Assembly: GCA_951406725.2 (NCBI GenBank)
Contig: OX597814.1
Location: 42,842,001 to 42,906,000 of the forward strand
Direction: 5' to 3'
From: Octopus vulgaris
Taxonomy: Eukaryota
DNA: 64,000 nt
Shown: positions 28,864 to 42,059 of the stretch, one piece after another
How the letters are laid out: the number at the start of each line of letters is the position of its first letter
How positions within the stretch are numbered: position 1 is the stretch's first letter
Made by a program: the position numbers and the translations under genes
The notes under the pieces: model-generated
Told to the model about the DNA's origin: nothing
The model's database searches: none
The model's input: the letters and a program-made list of their open reading frames with translations, nothing else

Positions 28864-28930
28864 TAATAATAATAATAATAATGATGAGAAGAAGAAGAAG
28901 AAGATGAAGAAGAAGAAATGAAGAAGAAGA

Positions 28931-30370
28931 AAGAATAGTATAGACGAGTTAGATCAATACTAAACCAGAGGAAATGCTAAAAACAAGATGATAGGTATTA
29001 ACACTTTAGCCGTCCCAGTTATCAGTTACAGCTACAATATCCTTAACTGGACGCTAAATTAACTAATCAAACTAGATAGGAAAACAGGACAAATAATGAC
29101 AGGATCTAGGATGCATTTCCCAAAATCTGACATACGTAGGCAATAAATACAACGTATAGAAGGTGGTAGAGGCCTTGTAAAGCTGGAAAACTATTATAAA
29201 ATAACCACCATAGGACTGTAAAAATACCTACTTCAGAAGCAAGGAAAACGGATACAAATAGCGGCAAAACACGAGCAAAACAATAACTTGTTCTCAGTAT
29301 TTAAGGAAGCTAATAAATACAAACAAGAAGTTATACAACCTAACAAAGAAGAAGAAGAAGAAGAAGAAGAAGAAGAAGAAGAAGAAGAAGAAGAAGAAGA
29401 AGAAGAAGAAGAAGAAGAAGAAGAAGAAGAAGAAGAAGAAGAAGAAGAAAAAACAAAAGCGTTAAAACAAATGAAATCCAAACTAAAACTAGAATAGCAA
29501 CGGACCGTGATAAAACGATGACAAGAAAAGCCCCTTCATGGCAAATATTGAACTAAACTAAATGCAAAGGAAATAGACAAAGAAAAATCCCAGCAATGGT
29601 TGAGAAGCTCAGGACTCAAAGCAGAGACATAGGGATTTTTAATTGCAGCACAAGACCAAAGCCTCCCCACCAGAAATTTCCAAAAACATGTAATGAAAAG
29701 AAATATAACAAGTAACTGCAGAATATGTGGAGATGGACAAGAAATAATAAATCATATTATCTTTGGCTGTCCAGTCCTGGCTAAGAAAGAATATACTCAC
29801 AGACACGACAGAGTTGGGGGCTACATACACTGGAAGCTATGCCAACATTATGGAATAACAACAGAAAAAAATGACGGTATAGACACACACAAGAAAAGGT
29901 CACATAAAACGAGAAAGCAATCATACTCCGCGATATGCCAATACACACAGATAGAGAAATTAAGGCCAACAGACCAGACACAGTTGTCAGAGATCATTAG
30001 GAAAAAATGCTTTCTAATTGATGTATCAATACCAGCAGATGACAACGTGTCTCTAAAAGAAAAAGAGAAACTTTCAAAATACAGACATCTGGAAATAGAG
30101 GTAGCTACAATGTGGAATCTAAAAACAGAAACAATTCCTATCATTATGCATCATAAAAAAAATATTCAGACAAATACATAACAAAAACATCAGGACTTAT
30201 AAACACATATACCATACAGAAAATTGCACTACTAGGCACTTAACACATCCTACGCAGAACACTTTCCATACAATAACCAACAGAACACCACAACAAATCA
30301 CAACACCTACCCAAGGCACACAGAGCTGCGCTCGGTAGTGAAGTGAAAGCACGCTATAAAAATAAAACTA

Positions 30371-30373
<3 letters not shown>
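28931..30373 (+). mobile_element. 5'-truncated R4/Dong-like non-LTR retrotransposon (post-RT region, CCHC finger, PD-D endonuclease), with frameshifts and stops
   Basis: GGRGL, EKPLHG, IAAQDQSLPTRN, CRICGDGQEIINHIIFGC, RHDRVG, NRPD…LIDVSIP…KEKEKLSKY; lies within (AAT)n tracts. Confidence 0.92.
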
Positions 30374-30422
<49 letters not shown>

Positions 30423-30440
30423 GTAATAATAATAATAATA

Positions 30441-30520
<80 letters not shown>

Positions 30521-30584
30521 AACAACAACAACAACATCGAAAAATACCTTAGGAATGAGAATCTAGGTTCGAAATTTCCCCAAG

Positions 30585-30628
30585 ACACTTGATGAAGCCT
30601 GGCAGGTATATAAGCCGAAACGTTGCGT
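30585..30628 (+). ncRNA. Degenerate minimal hammerhead-like motif in the SINE E tail
   Basis: ACAC-TTGATGA-A-GCCT…AGCC-GAAAC-GTT-GCGT; palindromic AACGTT helix III; C3 mutated and one mismatch in each of helices I and II. Confidence 0.45.
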
Positions 30629-30859
30629 TAACAACAAACAAGATGAGATCAAATATCTGTCTATTGTAAATATTGTAACTATTGTACATAATTCCCCATC
30701 TCGTAAATATAGAACTGCATTAATCTCTGTAATCCTAGTACTTATTCTATCTGTGTCTTTTTCCAAACTGCTATGTTATGGGGAATTAAACACACCAACA
30801 TCGGTTGCCAAGCGATGCTGGGGGACAAACACAGACACACAAACACACACTCACACACA

Positions 30860-30917
<58 letters not shown>

Positions 30918-30949
30918 CCTATCTATCTATATATCTATCTATATCTATC

Positions 30950-31011
<62 letters not shown>

Positions 31012-31150
31012 ACGGGCTTGTTTAATTTTCTATCTAGCAAATCCACTCACAAGGCTTTGGTCGGCCTGAGGACATAGTAGAAGACACTTGTCCAAGGTGT
31101 CACGCAGTGGGACTGAACCCGGAACCATGTGGTTGGTAAGCAAGCTACTT

Positions 31151-33356
31151 TATTTCATTAAGATTTTGTCATAAAGGCATTACAAATAGTAGCTTGCGGG
31201 CTGGACATATACAAAGATGTGGTGAATGATGAAACAAGGATGATATTGATGATAGAAGGCAAAAAACGCCCGCCGATATTCTGCTTCTGTAAAACAGAAT
31301 AAGCAAAACGAGGTCTTGAACATCTCATGACATTTTTTACAATTATTGTATAGTCCATTACAAATATTTAATATACAATCAACACTAGTCTCTTTAAAAA
31401 TTAGGCGCAGAGCCTCTTACACTTTATAACACTGAGGCTTTTCAATCTCTTGTCAATTTTCCACCTCAGCGAGGTTCTGAACATTTCACTACAGTTCTTA
31501 TTCAATATACTATCAACACTAGTCCATTTACAAATGAGGCGCTGAGCCTCTTACACCCTAAAACACTAAAGTTTTTCAACATCTAGTAAATTTTCCACCT
31601 CATCATTGCTGGTGTCCGTGTAATCCACCATAGCCCATGCTTCCTTTAAAATCAAGGCGGTCTCCGAATTGGCGTCACTCGGCCACGAGCGATATTCCTC
31701 TTTTAGTCCCTTCAGTCTTAGTAATACGCGCAACGTTATGACCTCCACAGCTATCTGAGCCAAAGGTACTCCCTCGTAGTGTGCTTTCATTACCTTTTCC
31801 ACCTCTCCGCCTCTACAGAAGAAGACCAACAGTTCTTTGTCATCCTGGTCGTAGGGGATCAATTTTACCGTTGGCGGCACACTTGTCACCAATGGTGTCT
31901 CTCACCCATCCGGTGGCACAATCGACGAGGCTCCGTGACACTCTGGTGCTATGTCTCCGACAGCCGGCACTATCCTGTTTCTCCTCTTTTTTTCTTCTCG
32001 ACTGAGGGAGGGTGCGTCTCCTCCGTGACCTGGAGATTTGTCTCTACTCCCTCATCCCGAGGATCCTTTGGTGAGCACCCATTATTGCTCACCTTCCTCC
32101 TTTTGCGGCTCTTCTTCGAGGCGTCCTCCGTCCCCTCGGCCGCCTTCATTCCCTCCTCTACGGAGGTATCCGTCAATGACTCCAGGACCTTGCTTTGCCT
32201 TTGAGAACAGTTTATTTTTTATATGGTCAGGCTTCAAGTACCGATGACGCTTGGTGGGGCATCGCTCAAGCATCACCGGATACCTAGACCCGGCCATTCT
32301 CAAAAAGTCTGGAAATACCAAACTTTCGGCTAACTGGATCCATAGCGTCAAAACAGCTTTTGACCCCTCTCAGTCAGCCGCAGGCAGACTATTTACGCTG
32401 AGGAACTTGGTGCTACTGCCACGCAGATCCCCGGCGGATAGTATCTCCTATCCACACGGGCTCAACTCCGAGTGGCAAGCCGCAAACCCAAGCCTTCGTC
32501 AACTTCTTCCCACAATAAGTGGGAAGAAACGAAATTTCATTCCCCTCCAGGGGCTGGCTCGCAAATTCACGGGCCACTGCTGGGGAGTCAAACAGCAACC
32601 ACACGGTTGGGTTTTGACTCCCCGAGTGATCAACTTAATCGCTAGGTTAAATTCTGCCAGCTCTCTTTCGATTATATCCTTTCTGAAAACGGCAATGGCG
32701 TCGAGAGTCCTAGAGTAGGTCCTCAAAACCACCGTCTTACTTTCAAGTTCTTTTAACCATTTTGGGGGTTGTGTAATTTCCTACTCCACCAGCTTTTCAT
32801 TGTTATTTGCCATGTATTAAATAGTCCAAAAATACAGTTGTTAAAGTATAAAATACTTAACGAAAAAGAAGGAAGAGGAAAAATTAATGGAAGGAGAGAA
32901 AAATTAACAGTTCAATAAAGAGTTTTTTTTTTAAATAAAAGATAGATGAAGGGAAAGCAACAGTTCAAAACACAGCAAAGGCTACTCGGTACTACAGGCC
33001 AAAATTTTAACGCAATTGTAAAATAGTTTAAAAAATCATTCCAATTTTCTTCTCCTTGACAGGAACAATATTGTTGAAACACTATTTTCAAACAAAATTT
33101 TGCGGCTGGATACGCCCATCAAACCAATAATTTTCACAATTAAGTGAAAAAAAAAAATTCCCTCAGCCTTAGGCAGACAAGAGTCCAGTGAGGAATTCTT
33201 GTTTGTAAAAATAATTGCGATATACAAAAGGCCCTCGCTAGACAGAAGAAAGTCTTGCCTTATAGCTGAGTTTCAAACGTCTTCAATTTAAGACGGCTTC
33301 AAAATAACATCTTACTGCATTGGTGTCAAACACAAGTCTGTCTCGCTCATGCGCAA
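31151..33356 (-). mobile_element. 2.2-kb ORF1-only (half-LINE-like) retroelement
   Basis: 17-bp TSD at 31134-31150 and 33357-33373; GC-richer disrupted ORF about 32813 to 31566; no RT or endonuclease motifs; about 110-bp duplication near the 3' end. Confidence 0.75.
31566..32813 (-). pseudogene. Disrupted ORF1/gag-like protein of a non-LTR element
   Basis: Consecutive ORF pieces: KTVVLRTYSR…, AWVCGLPLGVEPVWI (RRM-like), ERCPTKRHRYLKPDHIK (decayed zinc-knuckle-like), SKKSRKRRK (NLS-like). Confidence 0.6.
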
Positions 33357-34859
33357 TGGTAAGCAAGCTACTTACCACACAGCCACTCCTGCTCCTATAT
33401 TGTAAATAAAAGATATTTTGGGAGCACGTTATTCCATATATAATAAAGCATTTATGATTAGCGGCGATAACTACATGAAGTCAATTGTAGGGAGATACAA
33501 CTGTAGGGATGAAAGCACTGATGCAAAATGGGTAAATTTGTTACAGAGTGCTGTAACACTGCTGAGATTTGATGCAAAAGTGCTATGTGAGAAATAATTT
33601 GGGAGTGGACTGATACTCGGTTTTTGGTATAAAAAAACTACATTCTACAGACCAGCCTAGTTTCACCTGTTCAAATGAACAGTTAAGTGCTAGGAACGAA
33701 ATGCCAGACTGACAGGCTGTTGCTTTCATATCTGCAGATGATATAAAGACGTGTTCTGTCATTGAAGTAATCGACTAAGAGATCCCCGAAGTTGCAAGTC
33801 TTGTGCTTATATTAAGCGCTATTATTAGATTCTAATTCAAGGTTTCGGCATGTTATCCTTGAGAGATACCTTTCACTCTATTTCAAACATATCCGTTTTC
33901 TTTAATTCACAGTCATTAGTTTTTGATAACGAAAACCCTTTTCAAATTTCCTATCACAAGCATGTGAATATTGGGCAAGAGTACAATATCTTAAGAGAAA
34001 GAAAATAACAGAGGGAACAATTGATATTTATTGCAAAGATCAATTATGCGAGATGAAAGTGAAAGACGTTAAATAGATGTTCGTAGCAAATTCAACTTTT
34101 CAAGAAATTGCTTGGTAAGGTTTACAATCCATGCTGCTTCATTAAGTATTTCCGATAAGCAGAGATATTCCCGAGAACATTAGCATACTTTTTATGTACT
34201 TCCGGATTCTGGAATATTCCTCATCTAATGAAATATTTTATATTTCACGGTATACAACTTCCGTTTTGTATGATAAATTTGTATCAGATTTTAAGTATGT
34301 TTAGAGGTAACATATCACGCAGAACTAGATTAATGTAAGCTGAATTTCATATATCAGATTAATACAACATTGATTTAATACATGCAAGTAATATGCTTGT
34401 ATACAGTGCATTATGGCAATTATTAGGTAAATTTTTAAAATAGATATATACACTGTATTACATATAACACTGACACGCATGCATACATTTGTATATACAC
34501 AGTATTCACATGCATGTCTGTAAAGTTACATAGGGATATGTTTATATGGATGACTATATATGTAATCCAAATTACAAGGCAAAGGAATATGTTATAAAGA
34601 ATTTGTTTACAAGTTTCAATAATTTGTGCACAACTGTGTTTTCAAAGCCCGATCTCACAATAAATTCAAGCGAATATTTACGTAATATCTGCAGATTCAA
34701 ACGTACGAGTGATACTTTTTCAGACCTGCATCAAAGGTTTGCTCTCATATTGTGCACAATGTAAGAGTGTATGTTTGGTGCAGGTTTGAATATGTGCAAC
34801 TTTGATGTTTGAAACTGCATATATTCCATACATTTTCAATTGGAACTATTGAGAAATTG

Positions 34860-35995
34860 TGATTTTGCTGTATTCTGCGATTTTATCATGAACAGGAAGT
34901 TAGAGTAAAAGAACCAACGTAAATTTTGCGTTAAACTTGAGAAGTCTGCTACAGAGACGTTGAGTATGCTTCGGCAAGATTACGGCGACGAGGCAATGCG
35001 TCGTATGCAATGTTTCGAGTGGGACGGCCGTTTCCAAAGTGGAAGAACGTCCCATGAAGACGATGAGTGAATTGGAAGACCTAACACGAGCGTCATCACC
35101 AGAAATGGGGAGAAAATCCAACAGTTTGCGCATACAGGATCATCGAAGTACAATCAACGACATTGCGTATGCTATTGGTCTGGCTACGTGTCCGTACAGG
35201 TAATCGAAACGTATGAATTGAACAAGCGGCGTGTCTCTGCCAAGTTTGTACTCTGCTTGCTGACCACTGCGTAGAAAGAATATCGCATCGAAGTATGTTA
35301 AGGTCTCTGTCAGCTTACCGCTGATGATCCATCCTTTATGTTGAAAATCATCACACGTAGCGAGAGTTGGGTCAACAGGTACGACCCTGAGACGTAGCAG
35401 CAATCGTCACAATGAAAGAGGCCTTCGTCACTACTACCGAACTAGGCACGACAGGATGACAGGTCAATCAAGCATGCTCACTGTTTCCAGACATTGACGG
35501 CATTGTGCGTTAAGAATTCGTTTTCCAAGGCCAGATGGTCAATGGAGAGTACTAATGCGAAGTTTTGAAGCGTTTTAGAGAAGACATTCAGCGAAAACTA
35601 GAGGACCTGCGGAATGCGAAATAGTGGATACTTCACGCGAAAATACACCGTCTCCGAGCTCGTGAGTTTCTCGTGAAAAACAACATGGTTTTGCTTTCAC
35701 ATCCACCCTCTTCTCCAAATTTAGCACCTACGAACTTCCAGTTCTTCTCTAAGAGGAAAATACACCAGAAAAGTCCCCGTTTTAACACTTTTGTCGGGAA
35801 TCAGAGCGATTCGCAAAAGAACCTCGGCTCGCTTACGGAAAACGACTTCCAAGCCAGATTCCCAATGTGACGGAGACGCTAAAACCGGTGTATTACTGCT
35901 GAACGTGATTATTTCGAAGAAGATGTTAAAACTGAGGTAATTAAGTAATTTTTAATTTAGCATGAATTGGCTAGGATTATTACGATACCGCCCCT
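34860..35995 (+). mobile_element. Mariner transposon fossil
   Basis: YGDEAMRRMQCFEW…GRTSHEDDE*IGRP, ESWVNRYDPET, HPPSSPNLAPTNF; heavily mutated. Confidence 0.88.
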
Positions 35996-36199
35996 TAAAA
36001 TTCATTAAATGCACACAATGGTTCTGTTGTTGTGAAACTGGAATTTTTCTACGCCTCAGTAATTTCGATTTTCCTTAAAACTCTAAGCCGCTAGTGAAGA
36101 TAGGGTTGACTACCACATTGGAAATACTTCATATTCCTACTCTCGAAGAAGCTTATATACATATATGTGTGTGTGTGTGTGTGTGTGTGTTTATCTATC

Positions 36200-36291
<92 letters not shown>

Positions 36292-36293
<2 letters not shown>

Positions 36294-37949
36294 TTTATGG
36301 TGCCGACATATTCTCTCGCACCAGTCAGAAACAGCTGGAACTTTTTGCCTAAAAGCGACGGTTGAAACACCAGTGACCCAGAATGTTGTGCGACAATGAG
36401 CCCATTGTGTTGAACATACTCTTGTCGTAGATGGGAGATGCTTTTGAATAGCTGAACTAGCATTTTGTGTGTGCGCAGGAACGATGAGTGGATGGAATTT
36501 GGCGCTCCATATTTACCGAGTGAATTTTCACTTATGAGCTATCGTGAGTATAGTTCTTCTGTCTTCTCTTGAGAATTTTTCCCTTAGATGTTGTAAATTT
36601 TGGCAGTCGTTTTCTGTTTGTCTACTCCAGCATGCATTTTCATTTTATGTCTTCCCATCACTTCAAAGTTTTCAGTTTCTTCAATGGGAGTTTGGGGCTT
36701 ACAAGTGTGATATTCTCCTTCACTATGTCTTGGTAGAGATTAATGTGAACACCTTATTTTGCTTGTAAAAATTATCTTCTGAAAATCTTCGTATTTTTTT
36801 AGCTTTTGCTTGGACTTTGTTTTTCGGTATTTCTTTTGTGGATACCACCTCATCTTTTGTTGAACCTCCATATTTCGTCTTCATCTTACTCCCTTTTCTG
36901 AATCTTACATCATTTCTTCGGGTTAGTTAATGTAATATTGATATTTCTCCTCTCATTATTTCAATTACGTTTTCAATTTTAATCCTCCAATTTAGAATTC
37001 TACTCAGCTTTGCTATATTTTTGCTTTTTCGAAGGCACACAACTTCTTTAAATTGCCTTACAAGCGGCCAAAATATCTTCATTTACCTCAGTATGATCAC
37101 GTTATAATTCTTGTACGATTTCTTTTCTTTCTTAATTGCCAAATATAACTTTTGTTTATTAATTTTACTTGCATTTGTATTTGAGAGTCTGTTAATTGCT
37201 TCTCCACCATTCAAAATTGTATGCCTTACAACTGCAAGCAACATCACTCAGAGTTTTCAACTTCATTTCCATCATATTATCTGTGTTCTTCAGTAAATGT
37301 TTGCTCTTCTTATACAGTTTCTGTACGACTTTCCAGGTTATCTTCGTCAGGTTTATTTTATATTCCATGTTTTTTCAGACGTCGCTGTGGTTTCTTCAGA
37401 TCGCAATCTTTCATTTAAAATTCGTTGCAGGTTATTCTCTTCATCTGATTATTCAAGTTCCAACTTATCATGTTTAGGCCATTTTCACAACGTGCATGAT
37501 CTCTTAACGCTTGTTCCTGAGCTGAGCATTTGATTGCTTCTGCTTCTATCTTTAGGTCAATCCTCCTCATCTGTAGTAGCCCGTCCTCTGCATCTGCCTT
37601 GGCGTTCACATCTCTTGCGAACTGACCATACATTTTCTTTTCCATCCATTCTTTCTCTTTTTTTTTATGTTGGTAAGGTTTCATTTATTTGCGTGTTTCA
37701 GCAGTGGCTCCACGGCATTTTTTTTTATACAAACTTAGAATGTTTTCCTCTGCTTCGATACAGTACTGGTAACTGATCAATACTTTCCCGCGTTTCATTC
37801 TGGACAAGTACAGCCTATCGGTGTCACTCTTAGGGTGGAAATCCCCGTGTACTGTCAACATTTTTCTGGTCTTGGTATCCATTTTCTGCATTTCTCTATT
37901 TTGCCATTATATAATTACCGCTCATACCGGAGATGCTACCGCTCATGTG

Positions 37950-37950
<1 letters not shown>
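36292..37950 (-). mobile_element. Older R4-like LINE fragments
   Basis: DTKTRKMLTVHGDFHPKSDTDRLY, KKMYGQF, SAQEQALR (37500-37950); N-terminal-type KVQAKAKKIRR…YKQNKVF (about 36740-36830). Confidence 0.75.
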
Positions 37951-38041
<91 letters not shown>

Positions 38042-38044
<3 letters not shown>

Positions 38045-38289
38045 TAGTTTTATTTTTATAGCGTGCTTTCACTTCACTACCGAGCGCAGCTCTGTGTGCC
38101 TTGGGTATGTGCTGTGATTTGTTCTGATGCTCTGATGGTTATTGTATGGAAAGTGTTCTGCGTAGGATGTGTGCGGTGCCTAATAGTGCAATTTTCTGTA
38201 TGTTATATGTGTTTGTAAGTCCTGGTGTTTTTGTTATGTATTTGTCTGAATATTTTTTATCATGCCTAATGCACCTACTATGATAGGAA

Positions 38290-38292
<3 letters not shown>
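38042..38292 (-). mobile_element. R4/Dong-like LINE 3' end, same family as 28931-30373
   Basis: TIPIIVGALGMI…NIQKIALLGTAHILRRTLSIQ plus a near-identical 3' UTR; (ATT)n on both sides. Confidence 0.92.
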
Positions 38293-38376
<84 letters not shown>

Positions 38377-38409
38377 CTATTAATATTATTATTAGTATTA
38401 TTATTATTA

Positions 38410-38440
<31 letters not shown>

Positions 38441-38473
38441 CATCATCCTCATCATCATCATCATTATTGTGGC

Positions 38474-38883
38474 AAGGCGGTGAGCTGGAGAATCGCAAAT
38501 ACGCCGAGCAAAATAATTTCCGATCATTCGCCCTTCTTTTCGTTCTCCACCGAGGTCGACTTTGTCTTTCGTCATTTCGGGTTCGATAAATTAGGTACCA
38601 GTCAAATACTGGGGTCGATATGATTGACTATCTCCATTCCCACAAATTCCAGTCCTTTTGCTTGTTCTAGAAATGATTATTACGGTGGCAAACAGGCAGA
38701 ATGTTCACCGTACCGAACGACATGCTCAGCGGCATTTCGTCCTTTCTTATGTTCTGAGTTTATATACCGCCCGCTTCGAGTTTGCCTTTCAGATCCCTGT
38801 GTCGATTGAATATCTACTAGTTACATACTGAGGTCGATGTTATCGACTTGTCCTTCTCCGCAAATTTCAGGCCTTATTCCTAC

Positions 38884-38885
<2 letters not shown>
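38474..38885 (+). mobile_element. Two tandem SINE family D copies followed by (AGT)n
   Basis: AGGCGGTGAGCTGG…GAGGTCGACTTTG…GGGGTCGAT occurs twice (38474-38675, 38683-38885). Confidence 0.8.
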
Positions 38886-38974
<89 letters not shown>

Positions 38975-41900
38975 TACACCACATTTAATTGTGAAGAGCA
39001 AATTACTTATTTTGTGTAACTCTACTTCAACGTCAAATGTATTGCTTGATATTCATTCTCTACTCTGCTGTGAAATTGTAACCATTAATGTATTAGTACG
39101 CGTGTGCATTGTAAGGTCGATGTAAAAACCAGGTATTGTTTTGTGATTCAAACTTTGATTCAGCATTGAGGTAGTTTACTCCTCATATACACGCCATCCT
39201 TTGCCTGACGTTTAACATATACGACATTTGTTTATCATGCATATTACGACAATGTACAGTATAAATTTAGAGACATGTTATTTTGTTATGGAAATTGTTT
39301 CGGAAATCAAGTTTAAACCAATGTGCTGTGTTTAATATATGTAGGTTTGGTAATCGAATACCTATTAGGAATATATATATAAACGGTTCCGATGAAACTG
39401 TATTTATAAGATTTGAATATGCAGATTTTCCTTAAACACAGATCGTTTAACTTGCAGTCACGTTGAAGGTACATTCCTGACATGCTTAACTACTAACAAG
39501 TCTAAACACGTAATATACCAGCTGCAACAAACATGTGAAGAATGCTGTACTATTGAACTCCTTACATGCGAAAATGCACATAAATAAACATTATACGTGC
39601 AAGTGTGCTTGTGTATGTATATTTCGTTAATATGATTTTCATATGTACGAGTGTGTGTTTGGAAGTGTACTAAATGTGTATGTGTATGTGCTAGTGTGTT
39701 TTATGTGTTTGAGTGTATTCCTGTTCCGATCAATTTTAGGTGCTGATGAATATATCAAATAGAATGCAATTTCTTTTAAATTTACAGTAAAAATTATAAA
39801 TGCATTACGCCATCATTCAGTGAAAGCTATTTTAAGTCGCCTGTATGAATGAAGAGTAAAAGCAAATTAATTGCATCTCTTCATGAATGTAAACTATTTT
39901 CGCTTGGCATAAATTTAGTGAGGATTAAAATATTTTCATAATTAACATAAGAAAATAATCCAAAGCATAATTAAAATAAAAATGCATACCAAATTCCCAA
40001 CGCAAACTCAGCATAATTAATATAATCTGCTTGTATACAATACTGTATGAAGTGAGTGACGGATATTTGTGTGTGTAGAAAGCCAGAATTAGAAACAACC
40101 CACTCTTCGTTGATGCAATTCATTGTATTCATGCAATTAAACATTCCAACCATTTTCATTAAAATTTTTGAGGCGTATTGTACCTCATCGTAATTAGAAA
40201 AGCAGTTCTCCTTCATTGTTACTATTGCCATTATAATATTTTTTTTTTTATTAAAAACTGAATTCTTAAGAAACAAGAATGTAGCACTCGTGAACATCGT
40301 ATTGAGGTTGAAGTAGTTAATTTTAACAATGAATATTCCTTTAAATATAATATAATGACAAAGGTTTTTCAATTAAATGAAAAATCGTATTGCAACAAAG
40401 AATAATTTGTGCGTTTGGACTAGATAGGAAAATATTTTTATTCATAAAAGTGTTACAGGCCGTTTATCTTATTATTGTGTAGTATATTAGTTGTAGTATC
40501 GCATATGGTGCAGATGTTATTTCATTATTATTTTCTTTCAGTTTATATCCACTTCAGATATTTGTTTCGCCTCTTTATTCCAATTGGACAGCGATTATAT
40601 TTATCTGTGGTCAATGTTTGACATAACATACATGAAAATTTGGTTTCTTAAACATATCTTTACGGAAATGAAAAAATTAGTATTTCAATTTTTTACTTCA
40701 TATCAATGAAAGAGAAGACAAACACGACGTTATAATTTAAAATGAGTTCATATATATATATAATCACAATAAGCAACATTATATCAAGAGGTGATACAGT
40801 ACGATCATTTCTAGTGGGTCCAGTTGATTGAACAATGCAATCATACACCAATTTCAATGCAAGGCTATCCTCAGTGGCATAAATGAATAGAAGTTTTTAA
40901 TCCGTTGGACACATTAATATAATTTTACTTAAATTCTCTAATAGAGTAAGAAGAGGGAGAACGTTCATGTTGCTACTAATGTGACTCAGAATATACTACC
41001 CTTCTAGGTGCGGTATGAAGTTTGTTAGGTTCATAGTTTGCAAATGATTGTGGTTCACTTTTAATTTATTAGTCTTTTGGTATCAACTGCCAAATCTAAT
41101 ACTAGGTGACAGTGTCTGTTTAGAACGGATAGACAAAGTGAGTTGGCATTTTATAGTTTGGCATAATCATAAATATTGTCAGGATTTAGACAATTTATGA
41201 GGGTCTATAAATGAGGCTGGATAGATGACGACCCTAAATCAAGATGTTAAATACCGTGTAAAGGGCCGAACTGCTAATAAAATCTATGATGTTCATACAG
41301 AGGAAATTATCATGGGGTACAATGAATGATTGTGTATAAACAATATTATTCTGTTTTATGAAGATAGAATTCATGAAAAATATTACTAAAAATGATATTA
41401 TAAACACAATTGATGTACTGTGTATATATACCAATTTTCAACATTAGAAAGGGAAGATTATATAGAAATCATTTAATATTCATACCAGTACTTAATTATT
41501 TACTTGTAAGGTGGCTTCTATAAAGATTGCTTTGGATATTTACTTATGGAATATTGGGCCGATAAATCATGCTATATTTATATTAATTATACACCAGGAA
41601 TCAGAAATAAATCAGAAAAATAAGTTGTGCACAGATAAATACACATATTTAACTGTGTACATATGCAAATATACGCAAATATTTGTACTTTGGTATGGGT
41701 ATGTTATAATCAAATCTACTAGACATAAGTAACTAGAAAGTATATATTTCTCTTTAAGAACATTGATTACTTATAAGTGATAAGAGGTTAACAGGTAAAG
41801 ATATCAAAAGAAGAAAACACAATAAAAAGGAATTATAGAGAATAGTAAGAAAATATATATAACTTATTATATATAAAACTAGCGGGTAAGTTCGCCTCAT

Positions 41901-42059
41901 ATACGACACTAAAATTAATTTCTCCTGTCAAGGCTCAAGTACAGCACCTATAAATGCTAATTTCGAAAATATTTAAATGTACGGGTGACACTATGTACGC
42001 ATTATACCGTAACGTCTAATGTATTATTAACCGGCTTGCTCTTGTCTCTATACGTACAA

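Larger units (their letters stand above)
28707..30723 (+). mobile_element. tRNA-headed SINE family E (head 28709-28775, (AAT)n body, tail about 30520-30720), interrupted by a LINE
   Basis: A-box TGGCGTAGTGG, B-box-like GAGTTAGATTCC; TSD TCTCTGTA at 28699-28706 and 30724-30731; HHR-like motif in the tail. Confidence 0.7.
28610..33398 (-). mobile_element. SINE family A copy split into three pieces by later insertions (28610-28706, 30724-31150, 33357-33398)
   Basis: The pieces are collinear with the 26456-26875 copy; duplications TCTCTGTA and TGGTAAGCAAGCTACTT mark the breaks. Confidence 0.85.

Noticed and set aside
39971-40372. 133-aa minus-strand ORF
   Set aside because: No recognisable motif; AT-rich composition consistent with a chance ORF.
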